Notes under the pieces: generated by a model
What the model saw: the letters and a program-made list of their open reading frames with translations, nothing else
The model's database searches: none
Told to the model about the DNA's origin: nothing
Position numbers and translations under genes: made by a program
Assembly (NCBI RefSeq): GCF_016433145.1
Contig: NC_058133.1
Location: 193,674,661-193,738,660 of the forward strand
Length of the DNA stretch: 64,000 nucleotides
Source of the DNA: Gracilinanus agilis
Lineage: Eukaryota
Direction of reading: 5' to 3'
Shown: one piece after another, positions 52,501 to 64,000 of the stretch
Layout of the letters: each line of letters begins with the position of its first letter
Numbering within the stretch: position 1 is the stretch's first letter

Positions 52501-55441
52501 AGTATGTATGTGTAAGAAACATGAAGATTGTTGTGGAGACAGAAGAGAGAAAGGAGTTAGAGAGCTGGGAGCTCTCTCCCCCTATGAGGACTTAGAAAGG
52601 ATGGATCTTAGGTCTGCCTCTCTCACAGAAGGCCATGGATCAGTTAGTAGAGAGCACAATATATGCACAACTTAATAGCCCTTTACCTTCCCATCAAACA
52701 ATCCATCTAGGGTGCCAGCGGGGCTTGAGGGCAGTGCATGGACAGAGAAAGGGTGCTAGGGATTGGTGTCAGACAGAGCCTCAGGTGGTAAATCAATTGA
52801 TTAGATTTGCATCTAATGGGGAGAATCTATCATGTTGCCTGGTTGCCCAGGACGGAGAGGGAAATGGATGTCATTCTTCTCCCTTATCCCCAAGCACATA
52901 CATGTGATTTAATACTGCTAGTTCCCCCTTTCCGTTAAGAAAAGATCTAGGGGAGATGGAACCCTCTCCAATTCTGGCTAAGATTACAAGACTGGAAAGT
53001 GTGAGAAAGGGGGCACATGAAAGGTAAGAAAAAGAGTGATTAGAGTCTGATGGCTCAAGAAGTTGAGCCTGGCAATTCAAATGAGGCTTTGAGTGCAGGG
53101 AAGAAGGTAGTTGCCTTAGTTAGCAATGCCCTCTGTGCTATAATGGACAGACCGAGGGCCTGGGCTCTAACTCACTATAAGCTCTATGACCTTGGGTGAG
53201 TCACTTTGTGTTGGTAGGCCTCAGTTTCCTCATCTGTAACAATGAGAGTACCAAGGTCCCTGCCTACCTCACAAGGTTGTGAGGATCAAATGAGATGATG
53301 TGTTTAGAGCCTTTGAAAACTGTAAAGGACTACAATGACCGAAGGCAGTGTCATTATTCTCCTCCTACTTTTCTGAATCTTCTTTCTTCTCAAACCCACA
53401 AAGTATGACTGCTTCTGGGACTCTGTCCTCAGCCCTCTATGACTGCCAGCCCCTTAGAGAAACTGTTCTCTTTTATGTTTTATTCATTCACCTTCTCTTT
53501 TGATGATAATAGGTTTGGAGATAAGGGGGTCTGGGTTCTAATCTAGTCTGTGGCCTCTAATATGAGAGAACTGGAACACAGGATCTCTGAGGTCTCTTCC
53601 TGGCTCTTAAATCTCCGTTTCTAATCTTGTCCTCTCCTAAGACCAGAGCTACAGACTTGGGAATTATGGAATCACACCTGGATTTGTGGCCTACTCTTCT
53701 AGGTCATACTGATTTCAGACTTACCTTTGGAAAATCCAAACTATCCATCCTTACCAGATTAATATTCCTAAAGCACAACTCTCAGCCTCTGTTCAAATAT
53801 CTCCAATGGCTCCCTGTTGCCTCAATGACTTCATTTGGTACTTACAGCCCTTTACAATCCAGTTCCAACTGATCTTTCTAGTTCAAACTAACCCAATTCT
53901 AGCCCATTATACAAATAATAAAAAATTAGCCTCTTTTCCGCTCTTGATTTCCCTTATCTCTTATCACCTTTCTCCCTTCACCTGAAATGCTTGGCCCCTC
54001 AATCTGCTGACTGAAGGTTTGTCTATCTTTCAAAGCCCAATTCACATCCAACCTCCTCTGTGAAGCCTTTCCCTGCCCACTCTCACCCACAGGGATCTCT
54101 GCTGCCTAGGGTGCTCACTTTACTTCTCCTAGACTGACTGCCAATGAAAGTTCTTTTTAATTTTTGTATATAAAATCTAGCTGGAAACTCAGATATACCT
54201 GTGTATATGCCATGTTCCAAGTGCCTAGCACTGGACCTTGAATGCAGAAGGCACTCATATCTGCTGATGGTTGTGGTCAAGATGAAAATGAACTGAGTTA
54301 GGAGGGAGCCAGATGGCTCAGTAGTTAGTTAGAATTATGGAATCAGGAAGACCTGAGTTCAAACGTAGCCACATATACGTCGTAGCTGTGTGACCCTGGG
54401 CAAGTCACTTAACCCCGATTATCTGGGGATGAGTGGGATGAACTGAGTTTAGCCCATTCCTCTGTCTCAGGGAGGATGGAATCTCACAAAATCCAGACCA
54501 ATGGAAGTTTCCCTAGAAGGAAACTTGCCCCTGAGAGAAGGCCGAAAGGAGTAGGAAGAAGAGTCCATCAGAGTTGGATTTTAAAGGCAGGGAATCAAAG
54601 AACCAAAGAATAACCAAACTTAAAGGGACCATAGAGATCAGACACCCTCATTTTATAGGGGAGGAAACAGGCTCAAAGAGTGATTTGTATAAGAAGGTCC
54701 AGGGAATTTCTCGATTCCTTGCCTCCTGATCTTTCTATTTTCTCTCTTTTTTTAAACCCTCATCTTCAACCTTAGAATCAATACTAGGTATTGGGTTCCA
54801 AGGCAGAAGAGTGGTAAGGGCTGGGCAATGGGGGTTAAGTGACTTGCCCAGTCACGCTGCTAGGAAGTCTCAGAATCCATCTCCAGGTCTGGTATTCTGT
54901 TCACTGTGCTACCTAGATGCCCCTCACCCTTTCACTTTCTAAGATATTTTGCCTCTATTCTTTCATTTTCTCCTACAGCCTTCCTTGGGGCAGGCAGGTA
55001 TGATGCTCTCTCACGGTTACAGGCTGACAGCTTAAAGTCCAGAGATTCCAAGGTCACATAGTGAGTTGTCAGCTAGATCAGAATTAAAATCTAGAATTGA
55101 AGAACATTACAGATGGGACATGTCGACAGTCTCCACTCCCATCCCACCCCCATTTTAAAGAGGGTCAGGGGAAGCCCAGAGAGGCCCATCTGTCCCAGGG
55201 CCTGGGCACACCCACACACATTCAGCTCAATGATCCAGAGCAGAGAGATGAAAAGCAGGTCGAAGGTGACAAAGAGGCAGAAGGTCCGGCGGACATCTGA
55301 AATGGCCTTGCGCTTCTCTGGGAGGGGTGGGAAGAAGGGTGGTGAGAAGCTCCGGTTTCTGGGTAGCGAGGTGCTCAGGGAGGCCACGGCAGGAAGACTC
55401 TGCTCCAAGTCCCTCGAGGAGTTGATGGGCAGCTTGGTCAT
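43413..55441 (-). CDS. STARD3: StAR-related lipid transfer protein 3 (MLN64), full spliced CDS (14 coding exons, 1341 nt, 446 aa)
   Basis: complement(join(55220-55441,51996-52073,51222-51299,51026-51079,50453-50570,49805-49903,49480-49535,48477-48569,47972-48034,47094-47189,46721-46800,46267-46371,45241-45334,43413-43517)). MENTAL domain, FFAT-like [12 protein letters not shown] domain KMVLWNKT and PRDFVNVR are present. Confidence 0.98.
43563..44838. mobile_element. ERV-derived insertion with TG...CA termini, CTAG target-site duplication and a deleted gag
   Basis: CTAG(43559-62)-TGTTATA...TATAACA-CTAG(44839-42); the minus strand encodes a degenerate capsid-like gag. Confidence 0.8.
43600..44659 (-). 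pseudogene. Degenerate class I (gamma-like) ERV gag fragment
   Basis: [60 protein letters not shown] resembles the Gag p30 N-terminal domain (PFSSSDL...P.F...HQPTWDDCQQLL..LLT.EEK). Stops at 44483-85, 44100-02 and 43767-69; one frameshift near 44330. Confidence 0.8.
44880..45009. other. Assembly gap (130 N)
   Basis: Run of N in the last STARD3 intron. Confidence 1.
45115..45129. promoter_or_regulatory. Near-perfect GR/MR/AR/PR response element
   Basis: AGAACAgtgTGTTCC versus consensus AGAACAnnnTGTTCT (11/12). Confidence 0.4.
45241..45334 (-). CDS. STARD3: STARD3 coding exon 13 (94 nt)
   Basis: [31 protein letters not shown]; ag/gt flanks. Confidence 0.96.
46267..46371 (-). CDS. STARD3: STARD3 coding exon 12 (105 nt)
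   Basis: [35 protein letters not shown]; ag/gt flanks. Confidence 0.96.
46721..46800 (-). CDS. STARD3: STARD3 coding exon 11 (80 nt)
   Basis: [27 protein letters not shown]; ag/gt flanks. Confidence 0.96.
47094..47189 (-). CDS. STARD3: STARD3 coding exon 10 (96 nt)
   Basis: [32 protein letters not shown]; ag/gt flanks. Confidence 0.96.
47972..48034 (-). CDS. STARD3: STARD3 coding exon 9 (63 nt)
   Basis: [21 protein letters not shown]; ag/gt flanks. Confidence 0.96.
48477..48569 (-). CDS. STARD3: STARD3 coding exon 8 (93 nt)
   Basis: [31 protein letters not shown]; ag/gt flanks. Confidence 0.96.
48990..49372 (-). mobile_element. SINE1-type SINE split by a young L1 insertion
   Basis: SINE halves at 48990-49146 and 49310-49372. 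Confidence 0.8.
49147..49309 (-). mobile_element. 5'-truncated young L1 (L1_Mdo-like 3' end)
   Basis: 17-bp TSD TGAACCCAGGACTTTTT (49130-46, 49310-26); T-rich tail; catggttacatgattcatg shared with the L1 end at about 1680. Confidence 0.85.
49480..49535 (-). CDS. STARD3: STARD3 coding exon 7 (56 nt)
   Basis: [18 protein letters not shown]; ag/gt flanks. Confidence 0.94.
49805..49903 (-). CDS. STARD3: STARD3 coding exon 6 (99 nt), FFAT-like motif
   Basis: [33 protein letters not shown]; ag/gt flanks. Confidence 0.96.
50453..50570 (-). CDS. STARD3: STARD3 coding exon 5 (118 nt)
   Basis: [16 protein letters not shown]...QEAEEER; ag/gt flanks. Confidence 0.96.
51026..51079 (-). CDS. STARD3: STARD3 coding exon 4 (54 nt)
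   Basis: [18 protein letters not shown]; ag/gt flanks. Confidence 0.95.
51222..51299 (-). CDS. STARD3: STARD3 coding exon 3 (78 nt)
   Basis: [26 protein letters not shown]; ag/gt flanks. Confidence 0.96.
51620..51785 (-). mobile_element. SINE1-type SINE (internally deleted)
   Basis: Reverse-complemented tail and head. Confidence 0.7.
51996..52073 (-). CDS. STARD3: STARD3 coding exon 2 (78 nt)
   Basis: [26 protein letters not shown]; ag/gt flanks. Confidence 0.96.
54745..54915 (-). mobile_element. SINE1-type SINE
   Basis: Reverse-complemented tail and head. Confidence 0.75.
55220..55441 (-). CDS. STARD3: STARD3 first coding exon, coding part (222 nt; exon extends to acceptor at 55498)
   Basis: MTKLPINSS...LLWIIELN|gtgtgt; upstream acceptor ccttcacag| at 55498. 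Confidence 0.95.
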
Positions 55442-57084
55442 CCTGGTGGGACTCCCTCCTCCCTCGATGGAGGGGAGGAAAAGTTTTCAGCAGCGTATCT
55501 GTGAAGGTAAATGATAGAGCAGGGCTGATCTATAGAGGAGGATCTGGGACCTTGGCACCTGAAATTCCCCATTAAATGGCTCTTAGCTGTTTTCCCTTTG
55601 CTCCCAAGAAACCTTCTCCAAAGGCTTGCCAAACCCTCTCCCTCCGTTATGATCTTCTAGAGACAACATACACAGTCCCTTCCCCACCAAATCAGAGCAT
55701 CTGTGTAGTCATCAGATCATAGTCTCCGGGATTGTAGAATCATCTTTTTTTCTTAGCAAACCCTAGTGGCCCACACCCATCCTCACCCCTATTGTTGTCC
55801 CTTGGGATCTGAGTTTCTTCTTCTCCATCCCCACCATCCTCAATCCCTTCCTGGGACACTCCCAAGAGTCCAGTCCAGTCCAGCTCGACAGTGGCCAGGC
55901 CTTTGTGCTCTGCCAATAGCCCACACCCCCTCCCTAGGAGGAGGGAGCCCAAGCTCTGTTCTTTGTTCACTGAGGACAAAGCCACATTCCCATCCCCCCC
56001 TCTCCTGGCAACTCCAGGGGTGGGGTGGAGATGGGGATAGTGGGGGGGGGGCTTCCTGGAGAATTCTTTCTTCTAGTAAGGGCCATCACAAGGGCGGGAC
56101 CAGCTTGCTAACAGTTAGGGGTGAGGACAGAGATGAGAGATATCCTCTGCCCCCCTCCCTACTCACTACCATGGTTATTTCCCTGATTCTCAAGGAGGAA
56201 GGAAGGAGAAGGAGGCAGCTAGCACACCCCTCCCCTCAAGAGCCATCCTGTGAAACATCAAGGCTATGGGGCACAATTCCCCAGGGAGTCCCCAACCCAG
56301 GCACTGAGAATGTCACCACGACCACCCAGCAACTTCTTAGTGCTTTGTATCTGCCAAGTGCTTTCACATACAGTATAGCATTGTGAAGAAACCAATAACG
56401 GTTCATGTTTATAAAGCATTTTTATGTCTGCAAAGGGCATTACTCCTTTACAATAATTATCGCCTTTGATCCCCATGGCAGCCCTATAAGGTAGGGAATA
56501 TTATTACCCCCATTTTAAAGCTGAGGAGACTGGGAACAGCCTTGCCCAAGGGTCTCACAGCTGGTATGTGTCTGGAGAGAGGGGGATTCAAGCCCAGGTC
56601 TTCCCAATTCTAGGACCGGTGCTCTATCTGGTCTGCCCCAATGCCTCTTGGGGACTGTAGGCACTATTATCCTCATTTTTCAGATTTGGAAACTGAGGCT
56701 CAGACAGGATGAATCATTAGCTTAATCTCTAGCTTCCTTCTTGACCCAGAATCTCTATGATCTCTTTAGAGATCCTAAATTGCAAAAAGGCTACAGGCCT
56801 AGATCCTGATTCTTCCAGAAAGAAGCCTGATGTCCTTTTCCCTTTGTCTAGTACACGAAGAAACAGCTATCCTCAACTTGTGAGAAAGATGGTTTGGGAG
56901 GCTATCAAGAGAACAGCTCAGAGACTGAGGAGTACCTGGATTTAATTCAAATAATGCTCTGTGGTGAGTGATCAGTACCAAAAGATAGGATATATGACCT
57001 CTTCTTTCTATTTCTCCCTTATCTGTCTCTATTCCACCTCCTTCCAAAGGAATTACAAGCCAGGAGTTACAATGACTTTATCTG

Positions 57085-58116
57085 CAGTTTTCAGATAAAG
57101 AAATCAAACTATCAATAAGCACATGAAAAAGTGTCTAAATCTCTTATAATTAGAGAAATGCAAATCAAAACAACTCTGAGGTACCACCTCACACCTAGGT
57201 TGTGACCATAGATTTGGCCAATATGACAGGAAAGGGAAAAAATAAATGTTGGAGGGGATGTGGCAAAATTGGGACACTAAGACACTGCAGGTACTAATAC
57301 ACTGCTGGTGGAGTTGTCAATCATTCTGGTGGGCAATTTGGAACTATGCCCAAAAGTCTTTAAAAGACTGCATACCTTTTGATCCAGCAATATTCCTAGT
57401 AGGTTTGTACCCTAAAGAGATAATGATGAAAATGTTTGTACAAAAATATTCACAGCTGTGCTCTTTGTGGTGGCAAAAAATTGGAAAATGAGGGGGTCCT
57501 TCGATTGGGAAAATGGCTGAACAAATGGTGGTATATGATAGTGATGGAATACTATTGTGCTGTAAGGAATGATGATCTGGAGGATTTCTATATGAACCGG
57601 GAGAACACTGCTGCAGAGTGAAATGAGCAGAACCAAGGGAACATTGTACACAGAAAGTGAAACATTGTGGAACAATTCAATGTAATGGACTTTGCTACTA
57701 CAAGACAATACCAAGGGACTTATGAGAAAGAATGCTCTCTACATCGAGAGAAAGAACTGTGGGAGTAGAAACAGAAGAAAAACAAATGACTTATTTGTTC
57801 GTATGGATATATGATTAGGGGTTTTGGTTTTAAAAGACTGCTCAACTGCAAAAATAAATAATATGGAAATAGGTATAAGTGATAAACATTTGAATAACCC
57901 CGTGGAAGTACTTATTGGATCTGGGAAGGGGAAGAAGAACGGAGGGAAAGAAAGTGAAATAGAAAATGAAATAAGTTTTGAGTGATACTACATGTAGAAC
58001 TGAGCAGAATTGCTTCAGGAGAGGGGAAGGAAGAGGGGAGGGAGAGAACATGAATCATGTAACTTTAGAAAACTTATGTGTAAATTTGTTTTTGGAATAA
58101 AATGAAGATAAAAAAT
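57085..58116 (+). mobile_element. L1 ORF2 C-terminus plus 3' UTR (about 1 kb, antisense to STARD3)
   Basis: HMKK...IIREMQIKTTLRYHLTP, CWRGCG...LIHCWW and WLNKWWY...MEYYCA cysteine-rich tail, degenerate. Confidence 0.9.
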
Positions 58117-58216
58117 ATTTTCAATCAATCATATGACAGAAAGGCCTTTGGAGAAGTAGACTTGCCTGTACCTCTGTGTACCTGACTCTGCCCCAATCAG
58201 TAAAAGTGATTCTGCT

Positions 58217-58421
58217 AGGGGCAGCTGGGTAGCTCAGTAGATTGAGAGTCAGGCCTAGAGACGGAAGGTCCTAGGTTCAAATCTGGCCTCAGACACTTCT
58301 CAGCTATGTGACCCTGGACAAGTCACTTGACCCCCATTGTCCACCCTTACCACTCTTCCACCTAGGAGCCAATACACAGGAGTTAAGGGTTTAAAAAAAT
58401 TAAAAAAAAAAAATTAAAAAA
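58217..58421 (+). mobile_element. Young SINE1_Mdo (short-tail type)
   Basis: 15-bp TSD AAAAGTGATTCTGCT (58202-16, 58422-36). Confidence 0.95.
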
Positions 58422-59049
58422 AAAAGTGATTCTGCTGGTAAAAAAACCTAATTTGAAAAACCAATTAAGCCCTGCCAGGGTAATGAGGAGAACTGTATGG
58501 TATCCCCAACTCCCTCAAACAAACCCATAAATTGGAAGCAAACTTCTCTTCCTATCCTCTTGCTCAAATACAATGCTTTTGCACACTGAAGGCAATCTAA
58601 TGTCTCACTCACTCCCTCCATATATATATGTGGGGTGGGCCATGGGCAGCTCAAGGGGAGTGAGAGCAGGCAAAGGGGAGTCAGATGTGTGTGTGTGCTC
58701 CTGTGGCTTCTAAGAATGGAAGCCAGAAGTCCTTGTTCCCCAGAGAGAACAAGGGAAACATTTGTGTCCCAATCAATAATGCTTCTCTCTATTGACAAAG
58801 AAAGCATCCCTGAGGGGTGATTTCATCCTGAGTTGGGGTTCCACTATCCATGAGACTATCCTAATTTCTTCCTGTGGGGCAGTGAGCCTGGTGGAGGGAC
58901 AACAGCTAGGATGGACAACATGGCACCTGGCTGCTGAAAATGGGCCACCCCAACATCCATTAGTAGTATGCAGCATTAGAACACTGCTAAATGATCATCC
59001 TTAACTCCCTTTGAAAAAGGAAGCTCCAGGGCTCATGACATTTACTAAC

Positions 59050-59370
59050 ACCTCTCTTTGTCTTGACTCATGTCTGCCTCTCCTTTCTGTTCCCTCCATC
59101 CATGTCTCTTCTCTCATCATGTGCCCGCCTCTCATTTAGTTTCCCTCTTTGTCTCTTCAATATCTATTTCTCCTTGTCTGTCTCCTTCCTCTCCTCCATC
59201 TGTGTTCTCTCACTAAGTATGTCTTCTCCTTCTTAGTCTCTCTCCAGATCTGTCTTCATATTTTTTTCTTCTATCTCCAAGTTTCTTCTCTAAATTAACT
59301 ATATATCTCTCTGCAAGTCTCTCCTAAAGACAGTCTTTCTTTCTCATTCCTCCTTCCCTCCCCTTACCTT
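59050..59370. repeat. CT-rich low-complexity tract in STARD3 intron 1
   Basis: Pyrimidine-biased degenerate (TC)n. Confidence 0.7.
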
Positions 59371-59606
59371 CAAGAGCATATACAGTATGAGACAGTACAG
59401 CACCAACACTCACTCACACCCCCAGATAAACCCAGGAAAAGTGTGAGACACAAATGGGGGACAGCAAGGGGGAATGACAGAGGTAAGATTGAAGGAAGAA
59501 AGTACAAGCAAACTGGAGAACCAAATATTGTTATCTTTCAAAAGAAAACCAATGTGGAAAGAATTGGGGGTGGGGTGGGGAGGACTCACCAAACGTCACA
59601 GAAAAG

Positions 59607-59790
59607 GGGGCAGCTAGGTGGCTCAGTGGATAAAGAGTCAGGCCTGGAAATGGGAGTGCCAGGTTCAAATCTGGCCTCAGAGACTTTTTAGCTGTGTCAC
59701 TGAATCCCAGTTACCTAGCCCTTACTGTTCTTCTGCCTTGGAACCAATAATTAGTATTGATTCTAAAATGGAAGGTAAGGGTTTAAAATA
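59607..59790 (+). mobile_element. SINE1_Mdo-like SINE
   Basis: Head, B box and tail similarity. Confidence 0.8.
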
Positions 59791-61019
59791 AGTAAATAGT
59801 TACAGAAAGGGGTTTCTATCATTTCGAGGCCCTGACTTCCTTTCCTATGTAATGAGTTCTAGTGTTTTCAGCCAGATGGAGACCCGGCTGGGAAGCCAGG
59901 AAATCTGGGTTCTTCATAGGAATATGGTTCCGGACTGGATTTTATCACTCATCAGTTGTGTCCTTAGGCATGTCACTCCTCCTCAGTTTCTTCCTCTGTA
60001 AACTATCTCTAAGGATCTATAAGCCCTAACATCCTAGGGTTCTCTGAAGTCAAGAACAATTGAGTTCCCAGTCTGAAAACAGTGCTCCTAGATCTCTACA
60101 GCTTCTTTCTGGCCCAGTCTACTTTTTCCACTAGGCCAGGGAGGGCAGAACAGAGAAAGGCAGCAAGGGCAGCAACTGGCAATGCTAATCCATTAGCTGC
60201 TGTCTTTGCTCTATTATTGGGGCCCTCCTTAGAATTTTAATATAACTTGCCCCAATTTGTTACACAGGCACCTACCTCAGTGGGTACAAGCCTAGTTTTC
60301 GTAATATTCTTTTCTTAGATCAATCTGTGTTTTTAACATATCGACAGAGGAAGTAAAATAGGAGAGCTGGGGGACTAGAGATAGTCTGCCTAGAACTCAT
60401 CCCTCTGGGAAGCAGTAAGATCTCTGGCCCCCTAGCTTGGCCGGACTGCTGCTAGTATCCCTGTGAAAGTCTCTTGGTACTAGCCTCCACCCTTCCCCTG
60501 CACTGGCAGAGGTGTTACAGAAAGAGTTGTAGGGCGTGAACAAGTCCGCCTGGGATGGCTGCAAATTTAACACTCAATTTGTTAGTGGGAATTGAGCTGC
60601 TAAGACAAGGAGGGGGAGTGTTTGAAGTTTTAATATCCTAGGGTGGAGGAGAAAAGCAATGGAGTCAGGGCCTGGGTTCAAATTCCAATTCTGATATTTG
60701 CAACCTGTATAAACACCTTGGGCAAGTAACTTAACCTCCATGGATCTCAGTATTCTCATCTGGAAAAAGAGATGGCCTGTTCCTAGACTGAAACTGAAAT
60801 CTTCAGGCTCATAGTATGTTAAGTCCTGGGAAGAGCCCTGGAGATTATCTAGGCCTAGGTCGAGGATTCTCAATCTTTTTTTAATAAATTCTGGTTAGTT
60901 CGATGAAGCCTAAGGATCTCATCTCACAAATGTTTTTACATTCATAAAAACAAAATATATGGAATTACAATGAAAATCAATTACTCTGAAATAAAAATGT
61001 CTTGGGTTTCACCATTTGG

Positions 61020-61275
61020 GTTCATGATGTGGTCACTGAATCGTGTCAGTTGTGCCCTACTCTTTTATGACCCTGTTTGGGGTTTTCTTGGCAAAGATAC
61101 TGGAGTGGCTTACTATCTCCTTCCCTTGCTCCTTTGACAAATGAGGAAACTGAGGCAAACAGGATTAGCCCAAGGGTCATATGGCTAGCAACTGTCTGCA
61201 GCAAGATTTGAACTCAGGGAGATAATTGTTCCTGACTCTAGGCCCAGCCTCTATCCACTGTACCACCTACCTGCC
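61020..61275 (-). mobile_element. MAR1-like SINE
   Basis: ggggttttcttggcaaagatactggagtgg RTE tail, reversed. Confidence 0.75.
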
Positions 61276-61899
61276 CCATACAAGTTCACAGTCCCTCAGA
61301 AATCTGTCTACCTACAGGAGAACCGAACCTAATTTAATAACCCCTGATTGAGGCAAATTCCCTCTTTTTGCAGAGGAAGAGTGGTAAAGTCAGAACCAAG
61401 TTTGGCAGACAATTAGTTCTCTGCAGAGAAATGAGAAGTAACAGAAGAATAAACCAGAAACCATTCTCTTCCCTCTCTCCCCAGCAAAAGCTAAAACTTG
61501 GTTCAAGATGTAAGAGTATATAGGGGAAATTCCCTCATGAAGGGCTTTTAGCAAGAGATTTTTGAGTGGGTGATAAATAGCAGAGGATCAGAGAGGGATA
61601 GGGAAGAGCTCACTGCAGCATCCCATCTGCCCCTACTTTCCTGCTCCTGACCATTCCTCCCTGTTTCTACCTAAAGTGTTACTACACTCCTTGACACACA
61701 CTAGATCAGATGAATAGTCATAACTGTCTTCTGAAGCCGACAGTCAGCCTGACCCCCAAAGAGGAAGTTTCCTCAGAAGAGGAAGTGGTCTCAGGACCCA
61801 GGATTTTCCCATGTCCTTCCCATCTGGTTTATAGTTTTGGGTTTGTTTTTTTCCCCCCGGAGAAGGACAAGAATAAATATAATTAGGCAATCTACATTA

Positions 61900-62135
61900 C
61901 AGTTCTTGTTGTTCAATTGTGCCCAACTCTTCGTGACCCCATTTGGGGTTTTCTTGGCAAAGATACTGGAGTGGTTTCCCTTTTCCTCCCCCAGCTCATT
62001 TTACAGATAAGGAACTGAGGAAAACAGGGTTAAAGTGACTTGCCCTAGATCCCACAACTAGTGTCTGAGGCCAGATTTGAAGACAGGGAGATGATCCAAT
62101 CCCAGGGCTCTATCCACTGTGCTGCCAAGCTGCCT
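61900..62135 (-). mobile_element. MAR1-like SINE
   Basis: gttgttcaatt...cgtgaccccatttggggttttcttggcaaagatactggagtgg. Confidence 0.8.
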
Positions 62136-64000
62136 ATTGCATTTCTATAGTGATTTAAATTTTCCAAGTCATTTTCTGACAATAACTCTGTGAGGCAGAT
62201 GTATTATCCTCAAATTACAATTGAGGAACTTGACAGTGAGAGGTTAAATAATTTGCCCAAGATCACACAGCTACTAAGTCCTGTCCTATGGGAGTTCCAT
62301 GCTCTTCCCACTAGGATATGCTGCCCTGATATAGGTCAATGATGACTGGGAAAGACCAAAGTCAGGAACACCTGCAGATTCATGACATTCAGTGCCCAGC
62401 TCTGATCTCTGGCCTCTAGCTGGATGAGAGTTAAAGGCTGCAGGGTAAAGGTGTCCACATCACATAAGGTCCTGCTTTGGGAGAGAGGAAGGAGTCTCCT
62501 GGAACATTCCCTATACCCAGTTTTCCAAGAGGCTCGAGGATAAATCCAGTCAAGTGTCAGAAGAAATAGCCAGGCTCCAGTGACCTGAGCTTCCATCTCT
62601 GTGAGGAGTTGGGGGAGTAGGAGCCACTATTCTATTCTAAAACTATCTCATGAGTGGCTCCCTTCCAGCCCCTGCTAACCTGTTAATGCTTCCAGCAGTT
62701 ATTAGGTGAGAGCAGCCAATTCAGCACAGCTCAGAACAGGTCCCTGGTTCACACCCTAAGTCATTTTGTCTGTCCCCCCCAAACCCCCACCTCTGAAATG
62801 ACACCTCAGCCTGCTTCCACATGCTGTAGAATCAGCCCAAAATGCCAGGCTCTTCCACTAACCCTCCCCTCAGCTGGCTACAGATTTTAAATGCTGTCTC
62901 ACAGGCTAATCGCCCAATCTTTATTCATTGTGCAAATGCTACTTTTTTCTAACGTCTCCCTCACCAAGCCCCAAACCAACCAATTTCCCTTGGGCCCCCT
63001 ACACTAAGGAAAAAGGCTGAATTGAAGCCCTTCATCCAGGGGTTCTAGTCAGCCAACTACTCTATGCTCGGGGAAGTGGGGTTGGGGTTCTCACAACCAT
63101 AATGAAGATACAAGAGTAACTGGGCTGGGGACAGCTAGGTGTCTCAGTGCATTGAGAATCAGATCTAGAGATAGGAAGTCCTGGGTTCAAATCTCACCTC
63201 AGACACTTTCTAGCTATATGACCCTGGGCAAGTCACTTACAAAAAAAGGGTTACCAGATACTTTGTTAGCCTCTTTGCTCCCTCAATCCCCCCAAAACAC
63301 ACACACAAAATGGAGCAGTAGTAAGGAGGGGCTTGGTACTTCTGTTACCCTTATCATAATCCTGAGATGAATAGAAGAGGGCTTGAGGCTGGAGAAACCA
63401 AACCCTAAAAAATACAGCACCCTGTCCCCAATGATAGAGAAGAGGTAAATTTAGAGTCACCACTGATACCCCATGGATGAGGTTGCTAGAGAGCTGTCTT
63501 GTCCTTCCCCCTGGTGTTCCCTCTTCCCCTATATACAGCCTCCACTGTTTCACAAGGGTACTGGGTCACTGACAATTGGCAAAGCAGATGGGACATGGTT
63601 AAGGACATCTCATTGTGATTCCACAGGAGGGTCAGTTCAGACTTGGCAAGTGGATGTAAATGCACATAGAATTCTCTTTTTAGAGCCATCCTGATCTGAC
63701 TGCTCTCTACCTAGAGGGGGGCCCATGATAGTCTCTTAAATCTGGTCAAGTGAAAAGGGCTTAGTGGAGACTCTTTCTGCCCCCACTCCAAGTGCCAGGG
63801 ACCAATATTCGGCTGGGGTACTAATGGGGAAGCAGCAGGATACCTTTGTCCCCTCTCTCATCTGAGCAGCAATGCTTGTTGAGGTAAACCTTCACTGTTC
63901 CATCTAGTTCTTCGGAAAACTTCCCTATTCTTTTTAAGACAAGCCCTTCTCCCTTTAGGTTATCCTCTACAGATCAAAAGCAGTTAAGAATGGAAGAGGA

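Noticed and set aside
55499-64000. STARD3 non-coding exon 1 and promoter
   Set aside because: No CpG island or convincing first-exon signature in this interval; probably outside the window.

Overview
Marsupial genomic DNA, most likely a didelphid opossum such as Monodelphis (inferred from abundant SINE1_Mdo-type and MAR1-type SINEs, plus L1 and L2). It is the block syntenic to human 17q12, in reverse orientation. Four genes were reconstructed by hand, all with GT-AG introns and intact reading frames: PGAP3 (+, 8 coding exons, 320 aa), PNMT (-, 3 exons, 280 aa), TCAP (-, 2 exons, 171 aa) and STARD3 (-, 14 coding exons, 446 aa; its non-coding first exon was not found and is probably beyond the right edge). 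By synteny ERBB2 should lie off the left edge, head-to-head with PGAP3; no ERBB2 sequence is visible. The most unusual object is a 1276-bp insertion in the last STARD3 intron. It has retroviral-type termini (TGTTATA...TATAACA) and a 4-bp CTAG target duplication, yet contains mostly a deleted class-I-like gag rather than two LTRs. Other notable items: CTCF motifs that convergently bracket PNMT, a near-perfect glucocorticoid response element, muscle-enhancer motif clusters around TCAP, a 1.1-kb structured purine/pyrimidine tract with (GATA)19 in PNMT intron 1, a Strep-tag-like HPQFG insertion in TCAP, and a covarying hairpin in the SINE1 tail. There are three assembly gaps. Comparisons with human and mouse proteins are from memory; no database search was run, and all regulatory calls are motif-level inference.
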